Of a stretch of 64,000 nt of DNA, positions 26,180-40,036 are shown piece by piece (within the stretch, counting starts at the first letter, position 1; each line of letters starts with the position of its first letter). The DNA is taken from contig JBHGNT010000018.1 in the NCBI GenBank assembly GCA_043228905.1, positions 1,612,001-1,676,000 on the forward strand, in the 5' to 3' direction. A program made the position numbers and the translations under genes. The stretch comes from Azolla caroliniana (Eukaryota; Plantae; Polypodiophyta). The notes beneath the pieces are model-generated. The model saw only the letters and a program-made list of their open reading frames with translations. It was not told the DNA's origin and ran no database searches.

Positions 26180-26959
26180 CTCCATTTAAAGATTAATTAT
26201 TGCTTGTAATTTTTCATTCGATTGCCTTGTTTTGCTTTCCATATGCATTTCTTTCAATCATACGAAAATAAGTTTTTTTTTAATTCATCAATTGAATAAG
26301 TAAATAAAACCCTTGAAGTGGACACGAATCGGTCAGGTCTCACATTCGCAATGGTACCTTCTGTTCTACTTCTAATCTGTGCGAAAGAGAGGGAGTGGCG
26401 ATTCCACACAGAACGATCACAAAACATTCCGAACTGAAAAGTGCAACCTTTGGATTCAAATTGTCCCTCTTTCATGCCTTAAAAATGATCTTGAATGCAT
26501 GAGTTGTTGTTGATTCATTCCAATAAATTGTAATTACGATAAGCAGTTGGTCATCTTCATGGTGATGTTTTTCTTATGAAACAATACATTTGCATGCAAT
26601 GTGAGCATGCTCCATATAGATATATATATACATGTGTTCACAATTTTTATGTTCCGACACATATTTGTTCATACATTCGTGAATAGATAGTTGATAGTAT
26701 TGTGTTATGGACATAATGGCTTGCTTAAAAAATGTCTATATTTGTGCAACAAACACATGCTAGTTTTAGGCCACGCATAAATTGGTATGCTTATATGAAA
26801 ATCATTGAAATTATTATATATATTGTGATTCGTGAAATACTCAAAAACTTGTCTATATCCATTTCCATGCTTTTACTTTTATAGCTTTAGTTGGACACTT
26901 ATGTTTGGTAGTTATTGGTTAGTTACTGGTGATTCTTGGTTAGCTATGGGCAGTTCTTG

Positions 26960-27026
26960 GTCTTGTTGTAACCGGCTTTGGGCATCTTTCCATTAATACC
27001 AAGGCGAATATTTAAAATAAAAAAAA
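26960..27026 (+). mobile_element. 3' end of a short poly(A) retroposon (SINE/LINE tail)
   Basis: gggcatctttccattaataccaaggcgaat...A-tail is nearly identical to the TSD-flanked copy at 35026-35088. Confidence 0.6.
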
Positions 27027-28644
27027 GAGAGTGTTGCTAAGGAAAATGAGATTATGTAACGCAAATGTTTATCATGGTCAAGAAGCAAAAATTATGGTTA
27101 GCCAATGGTCTCCATTGAGCATCACGGAATTGGAATGTTAATGCATGAAATGTTGACACCTAGCGTTGAGTTTTTATCATTGATAACATAACTTCTATCT
27201 AGTTTGATGTTAGGCATCAACTTGTCATGGATTTGGAACCAATACATAACAAAGTCAATTCATAACATTAGATTCACATGCACTGGTAACTAGAAGTAGA
27301 GCAAATTGTTGGCTAACATTAGGTTCCCATGCACTAATAGTCCAAAACAAAGCAAGTCAATGTTAGGCATCAACTTGTCATTCATTATTAGGATTTTGCT
27401 ATTCTGATGTTTCTATTGGTTTATATTGAAACCTCGATTGTGGAAATTTGATGGCATGAGAGCGGTATCACAAGCGGCCTTATTTTTTAATAGCAAACAT
27501 GCCTTCCAAGATCACAAGTGTCACATACATGGCCTTAGATATGTGAGGTGCATCCTCGTCATCCAAATAAGCAAATATATTTTGCGGTTATGTACGAAAT
27601 CTACTATTATATTGATGACTTGACATATGGGTTTGTAGAATGTTGCCTAGGCAATGCAATATATAGCTTTCATGAGTTGTTTAAAAAATGGTAGTGTCTT
27701 GAAAATGGAATGTTCTAAAAAACACATCATTTTTAGAGATTTTTCAAGGAATCATGGAACGGAAGTTGGCATTTCGTTGTTCACAACGATGAGTGTGTAA
27801 AGGAGCACTCACTAAATAATAATGGATAAATTCAAAATTGTATCAATTGAACCAACAAAGACCTGTTACTTTTGCACGCGCGTGTGGGGGAACAAATAGA
27901 GGGTGTTTTCAAGGGAAATATTTAAAGAAAACTCGGGGGCATTTTCTCATTGAAGAAAAAACCATATTGTGTTAACAAAGGCATGTTTGAGGCAGTAAAG
28001 AAAATAACTGTGTGGAGGGGTTATTTTCAAGTAAAATAAGGTTGGGTCAGAGTGGTCATTGTTAGGAGTTGAGATAGTTGTTCACGGCTTGAGATATCGG
28101 GTGGGTTATGGCGAAATATATATTGGGGTATTGCTCGAATCAAATACATCTTTCAATGCCCCGAGTTTGGGGGTGCAAGAGAGCTATCCAGAGGTCATCG
28201 ACAAACAAGTGTTGTTTGCTCACGCGATTCTCGCTGTTTAGAGGAGACTTGTGCTGATTGTGACTGAGATGGGAAGCAATTAGATTAAGAGGGAAACATG
28301 AGGGTATATTTTGAATCGTCCGAAATCAACAATAAAAAACGAGTAGGGAGACATTACGTGAATGCAGGTTTCCGGATGAAACTGGGAGGTGATTTTGTCT
28401 TTGCATTGGGCAAAAAGGGCCCAAAGGCACATTTCTGTGTTGACAAGGGCAGGTTTTGGGGAATAATAGAAAAGCCATTGATGGGATGGATGGATGGGGA
28501 GGGGTATGCCCAGTGAAATTAAAGAAAACTCAGGGGTGCACCTCTGCACCAAATTGGAGCCAAGCAGGAAAAACCCATCTCCATTTCTCTCTTTTAATAG
28601 CTCTGTTTCTCTTATGATGGCTTGCTCTGACTAACACACACAGA

Positions 28645-28645
28645 T

Positions 28646-28679
<34 letters not shown>
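28645..28679. repeat. (AG)n microsatellite in the mannanase 5' leader
   Basis: Directly visible. Confidence 0.9.
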
Positions 28680-28689
28680 GTGTGTAGCC

Positions 28690-31600
28690 ATGTTGGGCTC
28701 TCAGAGGGCCGCCCCTGTGGTGGTGGGGATATCTTTGCTCTGCTTCATACTCATCAATATGACCCACTGGGAATTCTTCTTCCAGCGACCCTTGAGCTTC
28801 GTGGAAAGAAATGGAACCCGTTTTGTTCTGGATGGGAAGCCTTTCTATGTCAATGGATGGAACTCTTACTGGCTCATGGCTCAGAGTATCGACTACAATG
28901 GTAGATCTGATGTCGCGACTGTTCTTCGCAATGGTGCTGAGATGGGTCTCTCGGTCTGCCGGACATGGGCTTTTCACGATGGGTTAAATGGCCTCCAATT
29001 CGAACCCGGTCATTTCTCAGAAGATGTGTTTCGGGTCAGGAATCCATTCTACTGCCACTATTTATTACTATTTAATTTTCTTTTTAATATTGCATTTAAA
29101 GGAATACATACCATAAGGAAGTATCTTCACATTTAATTTTCTTCCTATTTTTTTAAGCATTGTATTTCAAAGGAAAACATGAGGGAGAATTTTTACTACT
29201 CTTTTTTTGCATTGCCTTTCTAAGGAAAATTCTCGTTGATATCATTTTCAACCCCTGGGTTGTGGAAACAATGTCAAGGTCAATTTTGTAATGCCATTTT
29301 TTAATAGCAAATTGTTAGTGTAGGCGATCATAAAACCAAAATTATCAGGACTTCTTATTTGAATGCAAAATGAAACCCATAATATGTCAATTTATGCACA
29401 AACAAGTGATAGTTATTTTGTTTCAGAAAGTAGTCTTGATTTCCCCATTGAATAGCAAAGAAGAACTTGACAGAGGAATCTAATGGTAGATCATGCTGAT
29501 TATACTTGCCTATGTTTAAAGATGCAACTTCATCCTAATGACATTTGCGTGAAGCAGAAAGCTGTTTCAATTCCAAAAAGATGGATGCAATGTTATGTTC
29601 CTTGTAAAAAGATGTTAACACTTCACGGCCCCATTTTCCCTTAAAATTGGCCTTACATAATCCACAACCTCAGGTATGAAAAGCATACCATTCCCTGAGG
29701 TTCCAAAAGCGGCATATAAGCTCTCACGATTTGATTTCCCTATGGATAGTCTTCCTATTGGTGATTGTAAGGAAAAAAAAGGGTGGGTTTAGAAGAAGAG
29801 GACAATAAGTCCTTAGTTAGAGTGTGAAATGGAAGTGGCACAATTTCATTGAAGCATATTCATCCTACCCGTGCTTGCTAGTGTTATTTGAACTGCTTTT
29901 GATTGGAACCTAACAGCAAGGGGCTTTCATTACATATCTTCTTCCTTATGATGATTCTAAGTTTGAATGAGGTTCGGTTTGCATTGCAAAATAGCGTGGC
30001 ATAGAAGCTCCTGTAGGATGTGAAACTGAAGTGGCAAGATTCAATTGAAATCTTAAGATAAGGGGAGAGCACTATGCATCTGCTTCTCAATGGTGGTTGC
30101 AAAGGAAAAAAAGTCAGGGCTCACAAGAAGAGGACATAGAAGCTCTTATAGGGACATGAAAATGCAGTAAATGCAGTGACATGATCAATTGAAGTCAAGG
30201 CCAGTATGAAAGCTTCCAGGAGATAATGGGTGAGCAGGAGAGGGAATAGGCCATCTTGACAAGTTGGAATATCAACTTCCACGAAACAAGGATAGATCTT
30301 CAACTCAAAGTAACCTTTTGGCCATTGTAACCTTTGTTTTGCCTGCATTCCCATTCTGAATGTGATCACTAATTAATATCATCCAAGCAATTCCAATTCC
30401 TATCTTATTTGCTTAAAGAAAGAATATATGCATGATGTCAACCTCTGAATCCTTGATGGATAGAACTTCTATCGGCAATTAAGAATGGAGTCAATTTTAG
30501 ATGGGAAATGGAATCATTTGCATTTCACAGGCATTGGATTATGTGATTGTGGAGGCAAGGCGCCAGGGTGTCCGATTGCTGCTGAGTCTTGTAAATAACT
30601 TGCCTGCATATGGTGGGAAGGGGCAGTATGTTGAGTGGGCTCGTAATGCAGGGGATCATGTTAGTTCTTCAAATGACTCATTCTTTTCTGATCCCATTAC
30701 CCGTGGCTATTACAAGAAGTACATGAAGGTATACTCTTTAATTTCTTAACTCCATATTGCTATTGGATTTGGATACCATAATATTGTATGCATCTCATTA
30801 TAGCATTGCAAATTCATAATATGCTGGTTTTATGCACCTGCAGCTAGTTAACAACTATCTTTTGGGAAGTTTAAAGTATTCATCTGCTAATTTCTTTGCT
30901 GATGTTATTTTAGTTGCACTTATTCCCCTGTGATTATCCATGTTGAGGAAAGTAGGAAATAATTGATATGAACATGTCATGAATGATGGCTGTATACTCT
31001 TTACATACCGACTTTGTGGATATGCCAAAAATAGTAAGTGAAAACATTTCAAGCCAATGTGGAGTGATGTCTCGTTTTGGGGCATCCAAAGTAATATAAT
31101 TTCCTCGAGAGAGAATAAAGATGTTCTCTATGCTACAATGTGAATATATGTGGGTTGCATTCACTCATAGAACCTATGCCTAGCAATGGGCCCGGTTCGG
31201 TTTCTTTGCCTTGAAACCAAACCATTTATATAAAACAAAAACCAAACCAAACTATTTAGGAACTCTCAAGCGATTTAAACCAAACCATTTAAGAAAAGAT
31301 AAACCAAACCATTTAAACCCAAACTGTTTAGGGAAAAGTTGAAACCAAACTGAACCATTTAATAAAAAATTTAAACCTAACCACTTCAGTCAAACTAATT
31401 ATAAAAACTAAATAAACAAAAATGTATTAAATTAAATAAAGATTAAGGTTATATTTATTAAATCAATAAAAAAACATTAATTAAACCATTAAATTAAATA
31501 AGCATTGATTAAATCAATAAAAAAACATTAATTAAACCATTAAATTAATAAACCATTAAGTGGGGTAAAAAAAAGTTTAACAAAAACCTTTAAACCAATA

Positions 31601-34207
31601 AACTCGAGTATTAGAACCAAACTGAACTAAAACCAAACCGTTTATTTATAACCCAAACCAAACCAAACGATTAAATGTTTTTGGAATCGATAAACCGTTA
31701 AACTATGGCTTAACGGTTCGGTTCGGTTCGAGCCGAAACCGGGCCCATTGCTACCTATGCCCTAAGTTGTTCATGATGCTTGGATGTAACACACATTTGC
31801 AAGTCTCATTCAGAGCATTATTTAAGGCTTTGAGATACCATTTTGGTGTTCAACACACTTTCGGAGTATAGACATTAAAGTGTTTCTCTATGAAAGAAAG
31901 AACATTTATATTCTATAGAAAAGCTTATTGCAATAGAAGTTCTTCTTTACCTCCTGTTCTCCAAGAAACTGAAAACTACTAGCCCCTGATATAGAAAAAC
32001 TGTGAATTTAATGTGAATACTTAAACATGAGCAGAAAATCATGACGAGAGTTAACAGCTTCAGTGGAATTCCTTACCATGATGAACCCACCATATTTGCA
32101 TGGGAGTTGATGAATGAACCTCGGTGTGCATCAGATCCATCAGGTGATACTTTACAGGTGCGATACCTCATTTACTTTCTTTCTCTTGCATATTTTACCA
32201 CTTTTTGGGTATTCCTATTTCCCTAAATGATAAGATTCTCTTTTGATACATATGTTTTGTACAAAAACACGCATAACTCTCTGGTTAACCATAAGTGAAA
32301 TGACTAGGAGAAATAAAGTTCTCATCTTTGCTTACTTATGTATCAGATTTTGGACACTCATTTGTGACCAAACATGGCATGAAGAAAATTTGTTAGCCAG
32401 ATCATGTGAGGTTTGAGAGATGATGATGTGAAGGACCTTATGTTAACTATGCTGAAGGTAAATAAAGTGAAAGATTTCATTTTGTAAGTCATAGTGTGAT
32501 GACCTTCTGTTTGAGAGGCAAAAAGAGAAAAGGCTCGAGGCATGATATAGCATCAACAGGAAGTTTTATGCCCCAAATTTGAGTCCAAGAACGGCAAGTT
32601 TCAGATGAAGATCTTAGCATATTAATATAGATTGGCTCCATTCTCCTATATCTTGAGAAGCAATGGCAGATGAGTCAAGAATAGTAGCAGCTGAAGACTG
32701 GAATAAACACAAACCATAATAAAGAGAAAGATATAATGATGTGAGATCAGGCATCCTTTCTTCCCATTGATGGTGCTTGTGGTGTCTTTTGACCCGCTGC
32801 AATACTTGGAAATCTAACTCATAGCAATACTTGCTTGTATGATGTAGATATTGCACATGTCATGTCAGAGGCGATCGTGAATGCTCATAGTCTATATAGA
32901 AGAGGTCTAGTGGAAATCCACAAATCATCCATACTATCTTTCTTTTGTACCTCTGTCTGGTTCACGAAGGAGCTTAATGTTAAGCATGTGGTCAGTGGTA
33001 GAGAAGGTGCATCTGAAACTTTCTCGACCTTGCCATAAGCATTCAACTGCTACAAGTTGCAACATCATCTAGTAAAATTAGTGAGAGTAGGAGGTTTGTA
33101 CTCAAGTGTACAGGCTAATAAAACATGGCTTACCACTAGAGTATAGCCCATATTTGACAACGAAAGTTAGAGAGAATGGAGAGACAGCTATATAGATCAA
33201 AAGGAGAATCTTAACTAACTCATGGATTTATTTTGTATGTAAATACATCTGAAAAAGAAAGTCTTCTGTTTCCTGTTTTTTGTTAGCAAGGAAATGTATT
33301 CCTTGTTTCCCATGTTTCTTATCGTACGTGCAACTATGCTCCTAGCAGCAGATACTTGAACTAGTGTCCTATGTTGTCTACAGGATATAGGCATCAGTGT
33401 GTTGAATGTTTGTTGACCTATTTCTCATTTTCTTTCCTTCATGGTTTTTTAGTTATTATGCTCTTTGTAATTAGAAAGGTGTATATGACCATTCGACTTC
33501 ATTGAATCAACAGGGTTGGATTGAGGAAATGGTCACTTATGCCAAGTCTTTGGATCAGAAGCACCTTATCACTGTTGGGCTTGAAGGTTTTTATGGCTCA
33601 TCTTCACCAGAGAGTTTGGAAAAGAACCCGGGGGACTGGGTCAAAAACCTAGGTTCTGATTTCATCAGGAATTCAAAAACAGACCTTATTGACTTTGGTT
33701 CCGTACATTTATACCCAGATATGTGGTATGTGTGAATGTTTTAGTAATCGTTATATGTGTACTCTTGTTAAGTTGTTTACGAGAAATATGAAAATGTTAA
33801 ATCATAGGACTTCGAATCTTCAAATGGAGGATAAGCTAAAGTTTGCAGAAAAGTGGGTAACGTCCCACATTGAAGATGCATCACAAGTCCTAGGAAAACC
33901 AGTTCTCTTTACGGAATTTGGAGTATCGAACCAAGTAAAGAACTTTGAGTTTAAGAATAGAATTGACATGATCAAGATGATTTCGGGAAAGATATACGAA
34001 TCAGCTAAAGCTAATGGTGCTGGTGCTGGAGCATTGATATGGCAGTTTGTAGTGGAAGATCTCGAGAGGTTTCAGGATGAGTTTGCAGTTATTCCATGGC
34101 GAGAGCCCTTGCTTTATGATGCTATTATTGAACAATCTTGCAGATTGTATAATGTTACAGGGAACTACAATCCGAAGCATTCAGTATGTTTGAAGTACAT
34201 CACCTGA
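28690..34207 (+). CDS. MAN: GH5 endo-1,4-beta-mannanase (~425 aa, 5 exons)
   Basis: Exons 28690-29034, 30531-30728, 32035-32157, 33514-33725, 33808-34207 with consistent phases. Motifs [32 protein letters not shown] (acid/base Glu), HLYPD and LFTEFG (nucleophile Glu), plus an N-terminal hydrophobic segment. Confidence 0.96.
31181..31753. mobile_element. Non-autonomous hAT element (MITE) in mannanase intron 2
   Basis: Perfect 17-bp TIRs tagcaatgggcccggtt/aaccgggcccattgcta, perfect 8-bp TSD cctatgcc (31173-31180, 31754-31761), and many AAACC subterminal motifs. Confidence 0.95.
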
Positions 34208-34864
34208 TTGGGTGGAAGTGTTTTGAAGCGCATTTTGTCGATATTGGTTTACTTGGCTCAATTGTAAGTAATACTTGGATTTCACCATTCTTTTCTTCAT
34301 TTGTAATAATCTATTGAAGAATATTAATAAACAGTACATTTACGAAAAGAGATGTCAGAATGAGATCTTCATTCTTGCTGATAATGGCAACCTCCAGTTT
34401 GTAATTGTTTGGGTTACTTCTTCCAATGTATTTGTTTTAGCAGGCAAATTAAAGATTTTGAAGAACTCAAGGCCTAATTTAAGGTCACATGGTGTGTATT
34501 TTGTGATGAAGGTCGGAAAGACTACTATTTATCAAGATATATTCTTACATAATTGTAGGTTTCATGGGAATGAATGAATACGAAATACACCCAAATCGTC
34601 CATCAAAGTGCTGAGTGGAAGTTACCTAATTTGAACTCTATTCCGTGTCAAAATTGTAAGAAAATCTTCGCACAAATGTATTTGCCTTGCATTGATAATC
34701 TTTATGACATTGCATTATACACAAAATTGATTTTAAACGTGAAACTAATGGAACTATTTTGACATGCAAATGCAAGCATGGATATTTCTTTTCACTCACA
34801 CCCATTTTTATTTTCAATTTATTGATGCTTTCCCTCTTTCCGAGTCTTTTATTGTTGGTTGAAA

Positions 34865-34867
<3 letters not shown>

Positions 34868-34904
<37 letters not shown>

Positions 34905-34920
34905 GTATGTATGTATGTAT
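34868..34920. repeat. (AT)n / (ATGT)n microsatellite
   Basis: Directly visible. Confidence 0.9.
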
Positions 34921-35025
34921 GTGTTTATTTTCTTCAAATTGGTATATTAGTTTTTATGTTGCCTTTTTAAGAACTAAACCAAGTCTTTATAACAAGAGTA
35001 CTCAGATGAAACTTGAGTGATTATT

Positions 35026-35088
35026 TGGGAATCTTTCCATTAATACCAAGGTGAATCTTAAAAAAAGGCAAAAAAGGTTTTAAAAAAA
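35026..35088 (+). mobile_element. Heavily 5'-truncated retroposon insertion with TSD
   Basis: Flanked by gaaacttgag(tg/ca)attatt 18-bp direct repeats and has an A-rich tail. The core matches 26980-27010. Confidence 0.75.
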
Positions 35089-37831
35089 GAAACTTGAGCA
35101 ATTATTATACAAATATATTTGTGCGTTCAAATAATTGTATATGTAATCATTCCTTTTCTAATGTAATTCTCATTGTTCATGCTCAATAAAGAAAAGATAA
35201 ACTGAATCGAGAGTTCCAATTATTGTTTTATATGTTTTGGTTGAACTTACATACCTCTTTATGTTTCAATTTGGTTTTTCCAAGGGACTTTCAATACTAT
35301 CAATGAATGGGAAATGTGATTAGTGTAAGCTAATCTTCTAGTATGTTTACAATGTAAGGTCATTCCCACAAGAGAAACTCGACAAGACCCATATTTTAGT
35401 TCTTTGGTTAAGTGTTTAGTAGTATACATATATGATTGTAGAAATATCAAATATGTCAAGGATAGAATTTATCTAGTAATGAGTGAATCCATAGAATAAA
35501 AGCATACTTGAATACCCATGGAAAGAAATCTAGAGCAATGCTTTAGCCATGGTATATGACAAACGAAAATAACATATTTGTTTCCCATGTGTTGGATGCA
35601 CCTTGCATATAGTCGTCACACATGAAAGTTAGTATCAATCACTACATCAGTTATACAAATAACTTAGGCATCCTTAAATGTGATAATGTTTCACCAAATT
35701 ATGATCACGATGACTACGAAACCTAATCTTTACAAATGCAAATGAGTTTACAATTCAAAGACTTTAGACGGGGGAATGCATCTTTAATGGGTTCGTATCA
35801 AATCTCAGATTTTAAAAAAAGGTAATAAAAATCATTACATAAACATTCACAAGCACACTGTACAAACAAAGAATTTCAACACTCATTTGTATGTTTTACC
35901 TTTATGTCCACATTGTTAAGTGATTTCTACTTTCACTACACGACAAAACATGTTATGTTGATGTATGCAGTAGCGGAAAGGTCATAGTAGCTTTAACACA
36001 ATCATTTCTATATACATGGAAAGCATACAGAGGGACATTAAAAAAAGCAATCCAATATAAATTGGGAGTATCATGTTAGACATATTGAATTTTTACATTT
36101 ATGCATCATGGGGAGATTCTAATTGGTAACCAATCCAATATGTGTGTTGCCTCTATGCATTATAAGCTTGTTGCTTCTCACACATTATAAGATTGCATCA
36201 ATAAAATAAAGCATGAAACCATGGCATGCAAACACACAGACCAAATCTATACAAGAAATTCTTGAGAAAAACTTTGTTATTCCAACGCATGAGTGCTCAC
36301 ACAAACACACCCCCACCCATTGCCCCAGCCGAATCAATAGTTGCACGTAACTTTACAATTTCATTCTAGGTGGTCATTTTCTTTTGTTCTGGATATGGAT
36401 GCCCAAAGGACATCATTATATGGTTGTTAAACAATCGACATGATGTACTTGATGATAGAAAAACCATGTGTTTGTGAATATGACAACTCATATATGCACA
36501 TACCACATCACCTCCATAATCTCTTACTCGATTCAATCATCTTGATACTCCTAGGTTTAAAGACTTTGTGCGTATGCTTATGGACAAGATCGGGTGTGGG
36601 CTATATTATCAAATCGCAAAGGAACACATGGGTAAATTTGTTCGAAAAGAGTGGAATATCATCATGAATTCACGAACCCACCCCCCAAACGCTCCAAACC
36701 GAAAATCCTAGTTTCACTTAATTGGAGAGTTTATATGGAATCCAATACATATATTGAAGTTGGTATGATTGCATCACGTTGGAGTTGTCCCTTTAACAAG
36801 AATGATAGAAACTAGAACAAGAGATTGGTGGGGCGAAAAGACATATAGAAACCTTGCACAATGTTACGAATTAATTCCTCCACTTCACTCTTATAAAATT
36901 AAGACATTGGTCAATTGTCAAAGTAACTTTGTTACTTTCATGTGTGATTTGATTCACTTTCAATCAACTTGTTGGCATCATGCAAGTGGCAAGTAGCCAC
37001 ATATTCCCATTTCTCAACGTGATAATCTCTACTACTTTGAGATGTTATGCTTTCCCAAATTTACTTTGTTCTAGAGTAATCAACAAATGACCTGAAAAGC
37101 ATCTTTGAAGTCTTATTGCTCTCGTGAATCACTTTCTCAATACTATGATAGGACCACAAAATCATTGGATTCTTTTGCATCATATAATCACATACGTGTC
37201 CCTATCAATCTCTCGCTAAAAATTGGTGTGCCTTAACTTGAGTATTAATTAGCTTATTTTACACTTTGGGAAACCAAAATCCCTCTTGAACCCACTCACT
37301 CACTCACTCATTAAAGTATTGAATTAAAGCATTTCAAGGGAAACTTTCTTAGATCGTTCATTGGATTAGGATTCTCGACATTGACCAAGCATATTTGAGT
37401 ACAATTTTCAATATAAATGGATGAGCCTCTTGTAACTTATAACATGTTTCCGTAACTTTCCCTCATTTACACATTTTGATCCAAGTGGTCAACACACATT
37501 GTGGACATTATATTATGTGCTCCTTTAATAATTTTGGGTATCTATCCTTTCCATACAAAAATAATGTTGCACCTATCTAATCCATTGATAAAGTAACACA
37601 TGCATATGTGTTGCCCCCATTCGATAACAAAAACCATCGGGACGTTGATTTTATTACATTGATCGAGCAACATGAATAGGTTGTCCAATCCCTAGTAAAT
37701 TTGTATTGTGATAAGACATGGTTCTTTTATGGTATGTGATAAAGGTCATCATGCCAAAGTGTAGTTAAGCTTCACTAAAATTCCTATATACCTTCACCCA
37801 TTATGTGATGAAGGTACTCAGATCAAAATTC

Positions 37832-40036
37832 TTATGGGCAAGAACCCCATAGATCATCCAATTGAGTTATACTGTTTTCTACATTACATGGGGAAGAGCT
37901 AATCACTATTGCATCTCCTTCTAATCCATGGAGCATATCGATTTGATCCCATATAAAATCATTCTCTAAGATGCCCCATGTGCTATAAGAAGATGGATCG
38001 ATGCTTGACATGATTGGAAATGTACTAGTCCATTCGCCGGTTTGAACTTCATGGACTCCTCCGAGACTAGGAAAACTGGTACAATGCAATGGTCTTGATA
38101 GTAGTCCATGATCATTACAATCCACTTCAGATATCTCTTTTGTTGACCCAATCTTTTGAATCTGAGGCATTTCAATGTTATTAATGCATTCTCGAGTTTG
38201 GCTACTGTCCAAGCAATTCGCTGTTATAATGCCACCATTAATATTGGAATGCATTAACAAGCATGGACTCTCATGATTTTGTGTAGTATAGTTTTCAAAT
38301 TCATTCATTCCTTTCCCAAGAATAATGATTTTTGGGTGTCTCAACGAAGATTCAAATACATTAGCCTTATTACTAGCACATGTTTCCAAATTACATCGAG
38401 CATTTCTTTTAATTTCTCTATCGAATCCGTTGGATCTTGGGAAAGGTTTATGTGTCTTGGGGTCGATCCCCAGTGCATACAATCTTTTCTTGAGATGGGC
38501 ATTCCAATGGTTCTTTATCTCATTATCAGTTCGACCTGGTAGTTTGCTAGCAATGAGGGACCACCTACACATATTGAACATATGTTTAAAAGGTTAAATT
38601 CATGATAGGGAACATTGTCACAGATAAAAGATTGCTAGATGCAAATTTCCTATTTAATTAAACCCATTCTACATATAACCTATTCAACTCTAATATTAGT
38701 TCGAAACAAATTTTGATTGTGCTTGATTTGATCCATAAACTTAGATTGTTAATTTTCATGCCAAATATGTAAATAAATGTAGGTATTTGATTGTTCTTGA
38801 ATTATTGATCTGGCATAAAGATTGTTAATTTTCATGCCAAATCTGTAAATAAATGTAGGTATTTGATTGTTCTTGAATTATTGATCTGGCATAAAGATTG
38901 TTATTTTCATGCCAAAGCTGTAAATGAATGTAGGTGTTGTCCGTGTGAATTTCTCAGAACATGAGCATTGTTGTGCATTAGGAAACTTTCCATGAGTCTA
39001 ATTATTCAAGTTGCATTGTATTATATGCTTTTAGAGCAGATTAACTGTTTGATTATCAGGTGTTTCAAAGCGCCATTTTTAGTTCAAATGTGCTTCATCT
39101 GAAATTCATAGTTACTAGATCAATTCGTGCTCGAAGGGGCATGATTCTAGGTGCATTTTTACCTGTTGCCTAGAATGGAATGGAGCTTGATGATGAGGCT
39201 CTCTTCATCTTTGGAGATGTTCCCTTTCTTTATGTTGGGCCGAAGGTAGTTCAACCAACGTAGCCGGCAACTCTTGCCGCATCGAAGCAACCCTGCTTCG
39301 AGAAAATTTTCAATTTAAGAAAGATTAAGGATTGTTAATTTCATAGAAAAGTATACTATAATGGAGGATTAACTTGATATATAGATATCCTTGCTATGGG
39401 GAATTAACTTGACATACACTATAAGGGGGGGGGGATTAACAATCCTTATCAAAGAAAGATAAGGATTGTTAATTTCATAGCAAGGTATAGTAGGGGGGGA
39501 TTAACTTGACATAATACTATGGGGGATTAACTGTAATCCTTATTCAAGAAAGATAAGGACTGTTAATTTCATAGCAAGGTATATTATGGGGGGGATTAAC
39601 TTGACATATTAATACTATGGGGGATTAACTGTAATCCTTATTCAAGAAAGATAAGGACTGTTAATTTCATAGCAAGGTATATTATGGGGGGGGGGGATTA
39701 ACTTGACATATTAATACTATGGGGGATTAACTGTAATCCTTATTCAAGAAAGATTAAGGAGTGTTAATTTCATAGCAAGGTATACTATAATGGGAGATTA
39801 GCAATCTTTATCAAGGATTGTGAATGCTCTCAATAATGATCCATGTATTTGATTTCCAAGGCTTATCACGTTTCAGAACAAAAAAAAACTAAATGGTTGG
39901 TACCTGCTTCCTTGGGCAAGGTGCGCCATGCACCTTCACCATGCTTCTTGATATGAAGGATTAGTCGCATGTCTTCGCAAGATGTCCATGGCCCTCGCTT
40001 CAGTCCCACCTTCTCGCAGCACGGAGCTCGCCCCAT
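37832..40036 (-). CDS. R2R3-MYB transcription factor (~331 aa)
   Basis: Canonical 133/130-nt exons 40036-39904 and 39292-39163, then 38564-37832. Reads [17 protein letters not shown]...[19 protein letters not shown]...[24 protein letters not shown], followed by GIDPKTHKP. Confidence 0.97.
38742..38936. repeat. Tandem repeat, ~77 bp x2.6, in MYB intron 2
   Basis: agattgttaattttcatgccaaa..tgtaaataaatgtaggtatttgattgttcttgaattattgatctggcataa is repeated. Confidence 0.9.
39317..39820. repeat. Tandem repeat, ~95-135 bp x5, in MYB intron 1
   Basis: Units of aagaaagat(t)aagga.tgttaatttcatagcaaggtata...gggggattaacttgacata with variable G-runs. Confidence 0.9.

Noticed and set aside
29884-30369. Possible LINE remnant in mannanase intron 1
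   Set aside because: Only a faint ESTMHLL similarity to zf-RVT; too degraded to support.
32358-33038. Short ORFs in mannanase intron 3
   Set aside because: No recognisable domain or consistent splice structure.
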